NCBI GenBank assembly: GCA_963796685.1
Contig: CAWCMR010000013.1
Coordinates: 192,001-256,000 of the forward strand
Direction: 5' to 3'
DNA: 64,000 bases
Source of the DNA: an uncultured delta proteobacterium
Lineage (GTDB): Bacteria; Myxococcota_A; Polyangia; Fen-1088
Part shown: positions 50,946 to 62,070 of the stretch, piece after piece
How the letters are laid out: every line of letters begins with the position of its first letter
Position numbering within the stretch: position 1 is the first letter of the stretch
Position numbers and translations under genes: made by a program
Notes under the pieces: model-generated
The model's input: only the letters and a program-made list of their open reading frames with translations
The model's database searches: none
Told to the model about the DNA's origin: nothing

Positions 50946-53183
50946 TCAATCCCTTGCGCCCGCGAATCCCGCGCGAAGGTTGTTGAGGGTGCCCCAACTC
51001 GCTTCGTGCCAGTGCGCGCGGTGGGCGAGGTAGATGCCGGCCAGGTCGCGGAAGTAGCGCAAGGCCAGCGGGCGCTTGGCGTTGATTTCGGATTTCTCCG
51101 ACGGATCCACGGATGTGTCGTAGAGGGATTCCTTGCCCGAGTAATCGACCACGTAGTGCAAGAATCGAGAACGGAGCGAGTAGCTGCGTCCGTACTCCGA
51201 CGGCTCCACGCGAGGTACCCACGGTCCTTGGCGCAGGATCATGGGCAAGAGGCTCTCGCCCTGCACGCGCGCATCGGGCGCGACCCCCAACACGTCCAGG
51301 ATGGTCGGCACGACGTCGGTGTGACTGACCACGGTGGGGATCTTCTCACCGTGGCCCGTGCCGGGCAGGAAGAACACCAGAGGCACATTGGTCAGCTCGG
51401 CCCAGTTGCCGTAGGCGTGCCCCAGGCTCCCGTGTTCGAGGAACCCTTCGCCGTGATCTGCCAAGAGGACGATGTCGGTGTTGTCGGCGAGACCGCGCGC
51501 TTTCAAGCCAGCGCTGAGGGTCCCGAAGCATTCGTCGAGGTGCTCGACCTCGCCGTCGTAGAGGCCCTTGAGCTGCGCCCAGCGCTCGGGGGTCATCTTG
51601 AGCCGGCCGCCCACGATGGCGCCCAGAATAGTCCCGTCAGGGCTCTTGCCGATGGCGGGATCCATGGGGCCGTCGTAGTAATGCTCGGTCGTGCCCTGGT
51701 GATAGAGGTAGGGCGTGTGGGCCTCGAACGCCACGGCCGAGACGAAAAAGCGCTTGCCTGTTTGCTTGTCCGCAAAGGCCAGGATCTGTTTGACCACGGC
51801 CGAGCAGTCGCCACCCTTGCCCTCGGCGTTCGGCATGTGGAATTCGTTCCACGTCGAGACCGGCTTCAGCCGGTTCATGGCGAACGAAGCGTCGCCCACG
51901 AAATCGGTGGCGAAGCCGGCCTTGGCCAAGATCGCGCTCACCATGGGCGTGCCGGGATTGACCTTGCTCTTGTCGCCGAGGATGCCGCTTACCCGCGGCA
52001 TGCAGCCGCTCTGGATGCTGGCGTGCGAGGGCGGCGATGAGGGCGACGCGGCCTGGGTCGACGTGAAGGTCACGCCCGACGCTTGCACGGCCTTGGCGAT
52101 GTTGGGGGTGCGAACGCGCGAGTCGGCGTACATGGGTAGCTTGTCCGCGCGCAAGGCATCGGCCACCAGCATCACCAGATTGCGCGCGGGCCGCGGGCGC
52201 GGCTCGACGGCGGCCTTGGGCAGAAGGATGCGGGGCTCGCACCAGGCCGCGTCCGTTGGTCGTCCGTCGCGGATCGACAGCTCGAGCGCGACGAGCTTTC
52301 CCGAATATTCCGCCAAGCCCAGTCTTCGCTCGCGTGTGCTTGCAGGCTCCTGCTTCTCGTCGAGCAGAATCTTGGCTGGCCGATCCTCCGGAGTCACCGC
52401 GACCTGGAAGCGCGCCGCGCCCGTGGTGGTGGCAGTTCCGAACACCAACCATCCATCCTGCGGAACCTCGACGGGCATCCTCAGGCGCGCAAAGCCGGTG
52501 AGGCATTCGCGCTCTTGCCCTGCAATTCTCACCTTGGCCACGGGGGAGGCCGCGAGCCAGGTCTCCTCTTGCGCCTGCGGCGGCGTGCCCGCCACGATTT
52601 CGACGGAATGGAAGACCGCGCCCTTCTTTGCGGTCGCCAACGCCAGCGTGTTCTCGCCGCGGGTCAGCACGTGGGCGGGGACGGACAGAAACAGCTGCTG
52701 CCAACCGGATTCGAGGGTTGCGTTCTTGATAGGGCGGCCATTGAGTCGGACGGACAGCTTCTTGCCCGTGGATCCGCCATGCACCCGAACGAGGATGCTT
52801 GCCTCGCCCGAGTCCTCGCTCCATGGAAAGTGGAGAGTGGCCGCCATGGTGCCCAAGGTGCGCCCGGCGTGCCCGTCGAGCTCGACCGTGGCTCGCCACG
52901 GATTGTTGTATTCCTGGCTGTACTTGCGGAACCCCTCGCCTGCAAATGGAATGACCAGGCCTTGCTCGTACAGGTGCCAGAGCGCGCTCGACGTCAGCAG
53001 ATTCAGCGCAGGTCCGGTCTCATCGAGGGCGGGCGAAGCCGGCACATTCACGGCGCGGGCAGATGGCGCGGTCGACGGCGCCGGGGCGCTTTCGGCGCTG
53101 TGCGCGCCCGTTCCGCCACAGGCAAAGAACGTGGCCGTCGCGACCAGGCCGTATGCACCCGCGTGGACAACAAGCTTCGACAT
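50946..53183 (-). CDS. Sulfatase/alkaline-phosphatase superfamily lipoprotein
   Basis: Lipobox-like FFAC; DALRAD, SSPPSHAS, AHTPY, ADHGE. Confidence 0.85.
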   Translation of the reverse strand: MSKLVVHAGAYGLVATATFFACGGTGAHSAESAPAPSTAPSARAVNVPASPALDETGPALNLLTSSALWHLYEQGLVIPFAGEGFRKYSQEYNNPWRATVELDGHAGRTLGTMAATLHFPWSEDSGEASILVRVHGGSTGKKLSVRLNGRPIKNATLESGWQQLFLSVPAHVLTRGENTLALATAKKGAVFHSVEIVAGTPPQAQEETWLAASPVAKVRIAGQERECLTGFARLRMPVEVPQDGWLVFGTATTTGAARFQVAVTPEDRPAKILLDEKQEPASTRERRLGLAEYSGKLVALELSIRDGRPTDAAWCEPRILLPKAAVEPRPRPARNLVMLVADALRADKLPMYADSRVRTPNIAKAVQASGVTFTSTQAASPSSPPSHASIQSGCMPRVSGILGDKSKVNPGTPMVSAILAKAGFATDFVGDASFAMNRLKPVSTWNEFHMPNAEGKGGDCSAVVKQILAFADKQTGKRFFVSAVAFEAHTPYLYHQGTTEHYYDGPMDPAIGKSPDGTILGAIVGGRLKMTPERWAQLKGLYDGEVEHLDECFGTLSAGLKARGLADNTDIVLLADHGEGFLEHGSLGHAYGNWAELTNVPLVFFLPGTGHGEKIPTVVSHTDVVPTILDVLGVAPDARVQGESLLPMILRQGPWVPRVEPSEYGRSYSLRSRFLHYVVDYSGKESLYDTSVDPSEKSEINAKRPLALRYFRDLAGIYLAHRAHWHEASWGTLNNLRAGFAGARD

Positions 53184-53287
53184 GCGCGGGTTTTACCCTT
53201 TTCGTTCATCCGCCGCGAGCCTGGCCTCGATGAGCGGTTCCTGCACGGTCCCATCTCGACTATGATGAGGGCCCAGCAGGGGATTTC

Positions 53288-54478
53288 ATGTTCTCCCGTT
53301 TCGCCCGCGCGCAGGACGCTTCTTCTCGAACCCTCCGGTCCGCCCTCATCGGCGGCACGATCCTCGTGGCGTGGACGCTGTGGTTCTTCCTCGCGCGCGT
53401 ATCGCTCTACGAGACCAGCCGGCAGGCCAGGATCGAGGTCGAATCCGCTCCGCACGACGTGGATGCGCCGGTCGCAGGCCGCTTGCTGCGGACCAACCTC
53501 GTGCTCGAAAAGCAGGTGGCGGCGGGCGAGGTACTGGTCGAAATGGACAGCGAGGCGTGGCAGCTGGAACGGGAGGCCGAGGAGGGCAAGATGCTCGCAG
53601 TCGCGCCCCAGATCGCGGCCCTCGAGCGCGAGCTTTTGTCCGACGAGGAGGCGCTACGCGGCGAAGACCGCGCCCTTTTGGCGGAGGTCAGCGAGGCGCG
53701 GGCCCGTCAGCGTGCCAGCGATGCGGTCGCGCAGCTCAAGGCCTCGGAGCGCGAACAGGTCGAGACCCTGCACAAACAACACGTGGTGGCCGACGTCGAG
53801 CGCCAGCGCACGCAGGCCGACTATGAGAAGCAGACGGCCGAATCCCAGGCGGCACGCGCCCAGGTCGGCCGCCTGGGGACCGAAGGCGTGGTGCGAAAGA
53901 ACGATCGACGGGCCAAGATCGCACGTCTCGAAGCCGAGATTGCCCGTTTGCAAAGCGTGCGGACCGATGCCGAGTCGCGCATGCGTATCCTCGATCAACG
54001 TATCGACTTATACACGGTGCGCGCGCCCATCTCGGGGCGCATCGGCTACACGGTCAATCTCCAGGCGGGGGCGGTGGTCACGGCGGGCACGCGCCTGTGC
54101 ACCATCGTTCCCTCGGGCAACCTGCGTGCCGTGGCATTCTTCGATGCCGCGACCGCCGCCGGGCGGGTCAAGCCGGATCAGTCCGCGCGCATGCGGCTCT
54201 TCGGCTTTCCCTGGACCAAGTTCGGCGTGCTCACGGCCCACGTGGAGCGCGTGGGCACCGAGCCCAAAGATGGGTTGATCCGCGTCGAGCTGGAGCTCGA
54301 TGCGACACAGAAATCGCGCATCCCGGTCGAGCACGGGTTGCAAGGCAGCGCCGAGGTCGAAGTGGAACAAGTTGCGCCCGTGGCACTGGTTCTCGACGCC
54401 GCCGGGCGCTACCTGATGAGCTCTGGAGGCGGTTCTGCTCAGGCCGCGCCCGTCTCGACGCCGGCCACACCCCGATGA
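53288..54478 (+). CDS. HlyD family membrane-fusion protein
   Basis: N-terminal TM, long coiled coil, VRAPISGRI, FPWTKFG. Confidence 0.9.
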   Translation: MFSRFARAQDASSRTLRSALIGGTILVAWTLWFFLARVSLYETSRQARIEVESAPHDVDAPVAGRLLRTNLVLEKQVAAGEVLVEMDSEAWQLEREAEEGKMLAVAPQIAALERELLSDEEALRGEDRALLAEVSEARARQRASDAVAQLKASEREQVETLHKQHVVADVERQRTQADYEKQTAESQAARAQVGRLGTEGVVRKNDRRAKIARLEAEIARLQSVRTDAESRMRILDQRIDLYTVRAPISGRIGYTVNLQAGAVVTAGTRLCTIVPSGNLRAVAFFDAATAAGRVKPDQSARMRLFGFPWTKFGVLTAHVERVGTEPKDGLIRVELELDATQKSRIPVEHGLQGSAEVEVEQVAPVALVLDAAGRYLMSSGGGSAQAAPVSTPATPR

Positions 54479-57165
54479 GCGAACGTGGATCACGGCGAGA
54501 AGGCGAGGAAACGGCGCGCCGGTTTCTCGCGCCCGAGGCGATCCAGACCTCGAACATGGACTGCGGTCCGGCGACGCTCAAGTCGATGCTGTCGGGCTTC
54601 GGCATCAGGGCCAGCTATGGCCGTCTGCGCGAGGCCTGCCATACGAGCGTCGATGGCACCTCCATCGATACCCTGGAGGAGCTGACCAACGCACTTGGCC
54701 TCAGGGCGGATCAGGAGATGATGCCCGTGGAGCAGGTGCTTTCACCCAAGGCGGACTGCCTGCCCGCCTTGGTGGTTACCCGCCTGCCGTCAGGGCTCAC
54801 GCATTTCGTGGTGGTGTGGCGAAGCGTGGGCACTTGGGTTCAAATCATGGATCCCGGACGCGGGCGACGCTGGGTCAAGCGCAAGGTGCTCGAGCGCGAT
54901 CTCTACGTTCACGAGAGCGAGGTCTCGGCAAGCGACGTCGCCGAGTGGTTGGCCTCGCCCGCGTTCGTTGGGCCCTTGCGCCTGCGCATGCAAAAGACTC
55001 TTGGCCGGGGCGTGGAAGAAGAGACACTCGATCGCGCCGTCGCTGGGGGGTGGAAGGGGGTGGCGGCGATCGATGCTGCCTTGCGCGCCACGTCCCGCAT
55101 GGTCGAGCACGGGGCCATGCGACCAGGCCGGGCGGCGGAAGTGTTCCGCCTTCTCCTCGACTCGACGGATGGGCCGGTGCCGAGTGCCTTGATTCCACCG
55201 GCGCTGTGGACGGTCCGCCGCAGCGAGGATGGCACGGGCGACAATCTCGTGGTTCGTGGAGCCGTCGTTCTCAAGGTCATGGGCAAGGGTGAGGTCGCGC
55301 CCGACTTGCCGCCGGAGCTCTCGGCGGCCATCCGGGCCGACGAGATCGGCCCTGGTCGCCGCTTGTTCCAACTCTTGCGCGAGGACGGCCTGTGGCGTGC
55401 GCTGCCCCTCTTGACCGGGCTTGCCATCGCCGGGATGGGCAGCGTGGTCGAGGTCCTGCTCTTCCGCGGCGCTTTCGACATTGGCCAGCGCCTGGCGGTC
55501 TTCGAGCAACGGCTTCTCGCCGCCCTGGCGCTTCTCCTGCTTCTGACGGCACTGTCGCTGGTCGAATGGCCGGTGGCGCGTGGCCTGTGGGACGCGGGCC
55601 GACGGCTCGAGATCCGTCTTCGCCGCGCCTTTCTGCACAAGCTGCCCCGACTCGGCGATCGCTATTTTCAAAGCCGTCCCATCTCCAACATGGCCGAAAG
55701 CTCGCACCTTCTGCACTGGGTGCGGCTGTTGCCGGGCCACGGGGGGCAGATCGTCCGCTGTCTGTGCGAGCTGGGAGCGACCACGACGGGCGTCATCTGG
55801 CTGCATCCGTCTTCGGCGCCGCTGGTGCTGTTGCTCGCCGCCTTGGTGGTGTTTCTGCCTCTTCTCGGTCAGCCCATCCTGCTCGAGAAGGATCTGCGCA
55901 TGCGCGGCCACGCGGGCGGGCTGGCGCGATTCTATCTCGATGCCTTGTTGGGTTTGTCCGCGATCCGCGCCCATACCGCCGAGGGTGCGGTGGCGGCCGA
56001 GCACGGCAGCCGGTTGCGCGAGTGGGCTCGCGCCGCGCGCGACGTGGCGCGTACGCAGATTCTGGTCGAGACGTCGCTTGGATTGGTGGGCTTCGGGTTG
56101 GCGGCGTTCATCGTGTTCCACTACCTGATTTCGGCCGAGGGTTCGGGGTGGGCCATTCTGCTCGTCTACTGGGTCCTCATGATTCCCTCGTTGGGAATCG
56201 AGCTGGCGTTCCTCATCCAGCAATACCCGCAGCACCGCAACGTCACCTTGCGCTTGCTCGAGCCACTCGGGGCAGAGGAGGGGGCGTCCGACGAGAACAC
56301 GGCCGACACGAAGCCGAGCGAGCAGAACGAGGCGCCCGTGCCCGCGCCAACCATCGTGTTCGAGAACGTCAGCGTGCAACAGGCCGGCAACCAGGTCCTG
56401 TCCGTGGCATCGCTGTCCATTCCCGCCGGCGCGCACGTCGCCATCGTCGGCGTGTCGGGCGCGGGGAAATCCAGCTTGGTCGGACTTCTGCTCGGTTGGT
56501 ATCAGCCCAACACCGGCGCCGTGCTGGTCGACGGCAAGTCCCTGGCCAGCGGGGTTCTCGCGCGTCTGCGTCGGCGCACCATCTGGGTCGATCCGACGGT
56601 TCAGCTGTGGAATCGGTCGCTGCTGGAAAACCTGCGCTATGGCCAGGAAAGTGAAAGGCGTCCCGTGGGTGAGGCGGTAGAGGCGGCCGAGCTCGATGAA
56701 GTGTTGGCGCGCCTTCCCATGGGCCTGCAAACGTCCGTGGGCGCCGGCGGGGCCTTGTTGTCCGGTGGGGAGGGACAACGGGTACGTCTCGGGCGTGGCA
56801 TCTGCCGGGGAGCGCCGAGCCTGGTGATTCTGGACGAGGCCTTCTGCGGACTGGAACGCACCCGGCGAAGCGCCATGCTGAAGGCCGCGCGCATACGCTG
56901 GAAGGATGCGACCCTGCTATGCATCACCCATGATATCGCCGAGACGCGAGGCTTCGAACGTGTTCTCGTGATCGAAGGTGGTCGCATTATCGAGGATGGC
57001 TCGCCGGCTGGACTGGCCGAGCACCGTGATTCGCGCTACGCGTGCCTTCTGGACGCCGAGCAGCGGGCCTTGGCGCGACTGGCTGGACCGGAATGGCGCC
57101 ACCTGCGTGTCGATGGCGGCCATGTCTCCGAGAGGGCGAAATCCTCTCCCGAGGAGCGGACGTGA
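54475..57165 (+). CDS. Peptidase C39-containing ABC transporter
   Basis: QTSNMDCGP, HFVV, IMDP; TM domain; GVSGAGKS, LSGGE, ILDE. Confidence 0.92.
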   Translation: MSERGSRREGEETARRFLAPEAIQTSNMDCGPATLKSMLSGFGIRASYGRLREACHTSVDGTSIDTLEELTNALGLRADQEMMPVEQVLSPKADCLPALVVTRLPSGLTHFVVVWRSVGTWVQIMDPGRGRRWVKRKVLERDLYVHESEVSASDVAEWLASPAFVGPLRLRMQKTLGRGVEEETLDRAVAGGWKGVAAIDAALRATSRMVEHGAMRPGRAAEVFRLLLDSTDGPVPSALIPPALWTVRRSEDGTGDNLVVRGAVVLKVMGKGEVAPDLPPELSAAIRADEIGPGRRLFQLLREDGLWRALPLLTGLAIAGMGSVVEVLLFRGAFDIGQRLAVFEQRLLAALALLLLLTALSLVEWPVARGLWDAGRRLEIRLRRAFLHKLPRLGDRYFQSRPISNMAESSHLLHWVRLLPGHGGQIVRCLCELGATTTGVIWLHPSSAPLVLLLAALVVFLPLLGQPILLEKDLRMRGHAGGLARFYLDALLGLSAIRAHTAEGAVAAEHGSRLREWARAARDVARTQILVETSLGLVGFGLAAFIVFHYLISAEGSGWAILLVYWVLMIPSLGIELAFLIQQYPQHRNVTLRLLEPLGAEEGASDENTADTKPSEQNEAPVPAPTIVFENVSVQQAGNQVLSVASLSIPAGAHVAIVGVSGAGKSSLVGLLLGWYQPNTGAVLVDGKSLASGVLARLRRRTIWVDPTVQLWNRSLLENLRYGQESERRPVGEAVEAAELDEVLARLPMGLQTSVGAGGALLSGGEGQRVRLGRGICRGAPSLVILDEAFCGLERTRRSAMLKAARIRWKDATLLCITHDIAETRGFERVLVIEGGRIIEDGSPAGLAEHRDSRYACLLDAEQRALARLAGPEWRHLRVDGGHVSERAKSSPEERT

Positions 57166-59318
57166 AGGCGGCCCGGGTGAATCATCCCTCCGGGCTCGAA
57201 GCCCTCGCCTGGCCGGCGGACACGCTCAGCCAGGCCATGGAGGCCATCGCGGAGCGCGTGTTGCCCAAGCAACGCCCGCGGCGTCTTTTCTCCGCGCCCC
57301 AAGGCATCGGCGAGGCCAGCGCCCTCGATCTAGCGCGCTGGCTGGAAGACGCGGGGGTTCGCCTCGGCGTCATCGTCGAGCCCAAGGAGCGGACGCTGCT
57401 GACCGCCGAGGCGCTGCTGGCCGAAGGCGGCCCCGTCTTGGTTGTCACGCCCACCGGACATGGGCGTCGTTTCTATGTTCTTCTCGGGCTCTGCGCGCGG
57501 GGTCGCCAGGTCGACCTGCTCGCGCCCAATCAGGGCGTGATTCGCGTCTTGACCACCGACGTGGATACCGTGCTTGCGGGGTCGCTGGATGTCCCCGTGC
57601 AGATCGCGGAGTTCTGCGCTCAGGCGGGCCTGTCCCAAGAGGGGGCACAAGCGGCGGAGCGCCTCTTGAACCCAGGAACCGGCACGAGCGAGCTTTGCTC
57701 GGGCTTCTCGTTCGCGCCGTCGGAGACGGGGTTTCCCGCAAGGTTCGCCGAGGCTGGCGGCGTGCGCGTCTTGGTGACGTCGATTGCGCTGTATGTGCTC
57801 ACCTTCGGACTCTTCATCGCCTCGTGGTGGCTGATCGGGTCGGCGGCCATGGAGGGCCATCTGTCGCGTGGCTGGCTTTGGGCGTGGGCCATCATGCTGC
57901 TCACCTTCGTGCTTTGCCGGGGCGCCGCGCTTTGGGGGGCGGGGCGCCTCGCGGTTCACGTCGGTGGGCTCACGCGCGAGCGTTTGCTGGCCGGGATCTT
58001 GCGACTGCCCTCCGACACTGTGCGCGCGCGCGGCGTGGGCAGTCTGCTAGGCGTCGTCCTGGACGCGGATGCTCTCGATGCACTGGCTCGGACGGGCGGT
58101 CCCACGTTGCTTGCCGACGTGGCCCAATGTCTGTGTGGCGTGATGGTGCTCATGGCCGGTGCCGCCCCGATTGCGCACGCTCTGTTCTTGTTGGTCTGGC
58201 TGCTCATCACGGCCTTTCTGGTTCGCCGACTCTACCGCCGCGTGGTCGCCTGGGCCGATGCGCGTCTGATGCTGACGGATGACCTGGTCGAAACCATGGT
58301 TGGCTATCGAACCATGGTGGCGCAGGTCCTGCCCGAGAACCGCCACCTCGGGGAGGATCGCGTGGTCGATGACTACGCTCGGAAGGAGGCCGCCATGGAT
58401 CGCGAGATGGCGAGGCTCGCGGTGCTGATTCCGCGCGGTTGGTTGATCGTGTCCATCGCGGCCCTGGCGCCCAGCTTCGCCGCCACGCGGGGCGGAACGC
58501 CCCTGGTGGCCGTCAGCCTGGGCGGAATTCTGCTCGTCTACCTCGCCCTCCGGCGCGTCGCGCTCGAAACCGGGCCTGGTCTGGCGTCCGCATTCGTGGC
58601 TTGGCGGGGCACGCAACCGATCACGGCCGCGGCGATCGTTCCAGAGCGGGCCGCCGAGCAGGTGGCGGTGCTGCCGACCGAGATCGACGACGCGACTCAG
58701 GGGCGGCGCGCCTTGCTGGTCGGCCGGGACGTCAGCTATCGCTATCCTGGGCGGCTCGAACCGGTTCTGCGCGGGGCCGACTTCGAGGTGAGACGCGGTG
58801 ATCGCGTCCTCGTCGAAGGCGCCTCGGGCTCCGGCAAATCAACGCTCGGGGCGCTGCTTTGCGGGGTTCGCCAGCCTTCGGGCGGGTTGCTCTTGCTGGG
58901 CGGGTTCGATCATCACAGCCTGCGCCCCGAACGGTGGCGGCAACGGGTGGCCAGCGTGCCGCAATCCCACGAGAATCACATCCTGTCCGCGCCCTTGCTC
59001 TTCAACATCGCCATGGCCAGGCGCTGGCCGCCGAGCAGCGATGACGTGGAGGAATTCGAGCAGATCTGCCAGGAGCTTGGGCTGGCGGGACTTCTGGCGC
59101 GCATGCCGGCCGGCATTCAGCAGATGGTGGGTGACAGCGGCTGGCAGCTCTCGCAGGGCGAGCGGGCCCGTGTGTGCATCGCGCGCGCGCTGGCGCAGCA
59201 AGCGGATGTGCGCGTGCTGGATGAGAGCTTTGCCACGCTCGACCCCGAGACCCTGGACCTCGTTCTCGAATGCATCTTGCGTCGCAGCGAAACGCTTCTC
59301 GTGGTTTCGCATGCCTAA
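57162..59318 (+). CDS. Second ABC transporter, N-terminal domain without recognisable C39 catalytic motif
   Basis: GTGA-coupled; TM domain; [17 protein letters not shown]. Confidence 0.9.
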   Translation: MKAARVNHPSGLEALAWPADTLSQAMEAIAERVLPKQRPRRLFSAPQGIGEASALDLARWLEDAGVRLGVIVEPKERTLLTAEALLAEGGPVLVVTPTGHGRRFYVLLGLCARGRQVDLLAPNQGVIRVLTTDVDTVLAGSLDVPVQIAEFCAQAGLSQEGAQAAERLLNPGTGTSELCSGFSFAPSETGFPARFAEAGGVRVLVTSIALYVLTFGLFIASWWLIGSAAMEGHLSRGWLWAWAIMLLTFVLCRGAALWGAGRLAVHVGGLTRERLLAGILRLPSDTVRARGVGSLLGVVLDADALDALARTGGPTLLADVAQCLCGVMVLMAGAAPIAHALFLLVWLLITAFLVRRLYRRVVAWADARLMLTDDLVETMVGYRTMVAQVLPENRHLGEDRVVDDYARKEAAMDREMARLAVLIPRGWLIVSIAALAPSFAATRGGTPLVAVSLGGILLVYLALRRVALETGPGLASAFVAWRGTQPITAAAIVPERAAEQVAVLPTEIDDATQGRRALLVGRDVSYRYPGRLEPVLRGADFEVRRGDRVLVEGASGSGKSTLGALLCGVRQPSGGLLLLGGFDHHSLRPERWRQRVASVPQSHENHILSAPLLFNIAMARRWPPSSDDVEEFEQICQELGLAGLLARMPAGIQQMVGDSGWQLSQGERARVCIARALAQQADVRVLDESFATLDPETLDLVLECILRRSETLLVVSHA

Positions 59319-59419
59319 AATGGGCCAACCGCACCGATGGGTTGACTATGGATGCCGGATGTAGGACATTAAGGCCTCAAAAAAACGTTGAGAAAATCGA
59401 TGGAAATGAGTGTGACCGA

Positions 59420-59689
59420 ATGGGTCTAGCCGTTGTCAAGAAAGCAGAAGTCGTCAAGAAGTTCGCCCGGAGCGAGTCCGACACGGGATCGCCTGAGGTT
59501 CAGATTGCCCTCTTGTCGGAACGTATCTCCTACCTGACGGATCACTTCAGGGTTCATGCCAAGGATCATCACTCGCGTCGCGGTCTGCTGATGCTCGTCA
59601 GCCAGCGGCGGCGCCTGCTCGATTACCTGAAGAAGAAGGACGTCAAGCGCTACCGGACGTTGATCCAGACGCTTGGCATTCGCAAGTAG
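59420..59689 (+). CDS. rpsO: 30S ribosomal protein S15
   Basis: [21 protein letters not shown]. Confidence 0.98.
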   Translation: MGLAVVKKAEVVKKFARSESDTGSPEVQIALLSERISYLTDHFRVHAKDHHSRRGLLMLVSQRRRLLDYLKKKDVKRYRTLIQTLGIRK

Positions 59690-59701
59690 AGGCGTTTCAA
59701 G

Positions 59702-59733
59702 AAAGCGGGCGGCCCATGTGCCGCCCGTCGTTT
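59702..59733 (+). terminator. Hairpin/terminator between rpsO and pnp
   Basis: CGGGCGGC-CCATGT-GCCGCCCG then CGTTT-like short T tail. Confidence 0.55.
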
Positions 59734-59864
59734 ACTGGCGGAGGCCCCGGTGCCTGCGTTCATCCTTTTTCCCGCCGATCCGGCCAGCGTGCACGCGCGC
59801 CCTCGGATCCGCGAGACAAGGGACGAAGCCACGGGGGCTGAGGCGAAAATGAAGGAGACAAGAC

Positions 59865-61985
59865 ATGTTCGTTCGTGAAGGTGTACCCCTTGGTGGCAAG
59901 GAACTGAGTATCGAATTTGGTCGTATGGCCAAGCAGGCCGATGGATCCGTCGTGGTCCGCTACGGCGATTCCATGGTGCTGGTGACGGCGGTCGCTTCGG
60001 CGGGCGTCCGACCTGGCATCGATTTCATGCCTCTTACCGTGGACTATCTCGAGAAGACGTCCGCGGCGGGCAAGATTCCGGGTGGCTATTTCAAGCGGGA
60101 AGGGCGCATGACCGAGGTCGAGGTGCTGACCTCGCGGCTCATCGACCGTCCGTGCCGGCCGCTTTTCCCCAAGGGCTGGCGCTTCGACACCCAGGTCATC
60201 GCCATGGTGCTGTCGACCGATCGTGAAAACCTGACCGACGTGCTGGCCATGACCGGAGCCTCGGCGGCGCTGCACCTGTCGGACATTCCCTGGGCCGGCC
60301 CGTTCGCGGGAGTGCGTGTGGGGCGCGTGAACGGCGAGTTCATCGTCAATCCCACCGTGTCCCAGCGCGATGCCTCCGAGCTCGATCTGATCGTCGGGGC
60401 CAGCCGCGACGCCATCGTCATGGTCGAGGGAGGCGCGCAGCAGGTGTCCGAGGAAGTGATCGTGGATGCCTTGATGTTCGCGCACAAGGCGGCGCAGCCG
60501 CTCATCGATCTGCAAGAGAAGTTGCGCGCGGCGGTGGGCAAGACCAAGCGCGAGTTTGTGCCCCCGACGGTCGACCCGGCGATCGAGGCGCGCGTGTCGG
60601 AGTACGCGAAGGGGAAGATCGAGGCCGCCATGGCCATTCGCGAGAAGCTCGAGCGCTACGCCGCACTCGACAAGGCGGAAGGCGAGACGCTCGAAGCGCT
60701 CAAGGCCGAGTTCCCCGAGCGCGACGCCGAGATCAAGGAAGTCTTCGGCAAGGCCAAGAAGAAGAACCTGCGCGAGCTCGTCCTGACCACCGGCCGCCGC
60801 ATCGACGGCCGTGCCACCGATGAGATCCGTCCCATCACGTCCGAGGTCAGCCTGCTGCCACGCACGCACGGCTCGGCGCTGTTCACGCGCGGCGAAACCC
60901 AGTCGCTGGTGAGCGCCACGCTCGGAACGAAACAGGACGCCCAGCACATCGAAGGCCTCGGCGAGGAATTCGAGAAGACCTTCATGCTTCACTACAACTT
61001 CCCGCCGTTCTCGACCGGCGAGACCAAGCCGTTGCGTGGTGCCAGCCGTCGCGAAACCGGTCACGGCCACTTGGCCGAGCGTGCTTTGAAGGTGGTGCTG
61101 CCCGACGAGAAGACCTTCCCGTACACCATCCGCGTGGTGTCGGAAATTCTGGAGTCGAACGGGAGCTCGTCCATGGCTTCGGTGTGCGGCGGCGCGCTGG
61201 CCTTGATGGATGCCGGCGTTCCCATCAAGACGCCGGTCGGTGGCATCGCTATGGGGCTCATCAAGGAAGGCGACCGGGTGGCCGTGTTGTCCGACATCCT
61301 CGGCGACGAGGATCACCTGGGCGACATGGACTTCAAGATCTGCGGCACCAAGACCGGCGTGACCGCGGTGCAGATGGACATCAAGATCCAGGGCCTGACT
61401 CGCGCCATTCTCGAGCAGGCGCTGCAACAGGCGCAACGTGGCCGCTTCCACATCCTCGCCAAGATGGCCGAGGCGTTGGCCGCCCCACGCGAAGAGCTGA
61501 ACAAGTACGCGCCGCGCATCTTCACCATCAACATCAAGCCGGACAAGATCCGCGACATCATCGGACCGGGGGGCAAAACCATCCGCGGCATCACCGCGCA
61601 GACCGGCGTGGCCATCGATGTCGAGGACGACGGCACCGTGCACATCGCCTCGCCCGACGGGCTGCTGGCTCAGAAGGCCATCGACATCATCAAGGGTCTC
61701 ACCGCCGAGGCCGAGGTGGGCGAATTCTACATGGGGCAAGTCAAGCGTCTGGCGGAGTTCGGCTGCTTCGTCGAGATCCTGCCCGGCACCGACGGGTTGG
61801 TTCACATCAGCGAGCTCGACGAAAAGCGCGTGCGCCAGGTCGACGACATCTGCAAAGAGGGCGACGAGATGCTGGTGAAGGTCATCGGTGTCGACCGTGC
61901 CACGGGCAAGATTCGTCTGTCGCGCCGAGAAGCGCTCGGCAAGACCCCCGACATCGTACACAACTTCCGGACGTCTTCGGAGTAG
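59865..61985 (+). CDS. pnp: Polynucleotide phosphorylase
   Basis: [37 protein letters not shown] and S1 domains. Confidence 0.98.
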   Translation: MFVREGVPLGGKELSIEFGRMAKQADGSVVVRYGDSMVLVTAVASAGVRPGIDFMPLTVDYLEKTSAAGKIPGGYFKREGRMTEVEVLTSRLIDRPCRPLFPKGWRFDTQVIAMVLSTDRENLTDVLAMTGASAALHLSDIPWAGPFAGVRVGRVNGEFIVNPTVSQRDASELDLIVGASRDAIVMVEGGAQQVSEEVIVDALMFAHKAAQPLIDLQEKLRAAVGKTKREFVPPTVDPAIEARVSEYAKGKIEAAMAIREKLERYAALDKAEGETLEALKAEFPERDAEIKEVFGKAKKKNLRELVLTTGRRIDGRATDEIRPITSEVSLLPRTHGSALFTRGETQSLVSATLGTKQDAQHIEGLGEEFEKTFMLHYNFPPFSTGETKPLRGASRRETGHGHLAERALKVVLPDEKTFPYTIRVVSEILESNGSSSMASVCGGALALMDAGVPIKTPVGGIAMGLIKEGDRVAVLSDILGDEDHLGDMDFKICGTKTGVTAVQMDIKIQGLTRAILEQALQQAQRGRFHILAKMAEALAAPREELNKYAPRIFTINIKPDKIRDIIGPGGKTIRGITAQTGVAIDVEDDGTVHIASPDGLLAQKAIDIIKGLTAEAEVGEFYMGQVKRLAEFGCFVEILPGTDGLVHISELDEKRVRQVDDICKEGDEMLVKVIGVDRATGKIRLSRREALGKTPDIVHNFRTSSE

Positions 61986-62070
61986 AGAGAGCGCAGAGAA
62001 GCTGGAGAGCGCAGAGCGTCCGGGCTGATTCCGGCTCCGTGCTCTCCGTCTGTCTCCGTGGTGTCTGTCG

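Noticed and set aside
61986-62070. Purine/pyrimidine-skewed palindrome after pnp as a novel element
   Set aside because: Single copy in window between convergent genes; likely a terminator or ordinary REP
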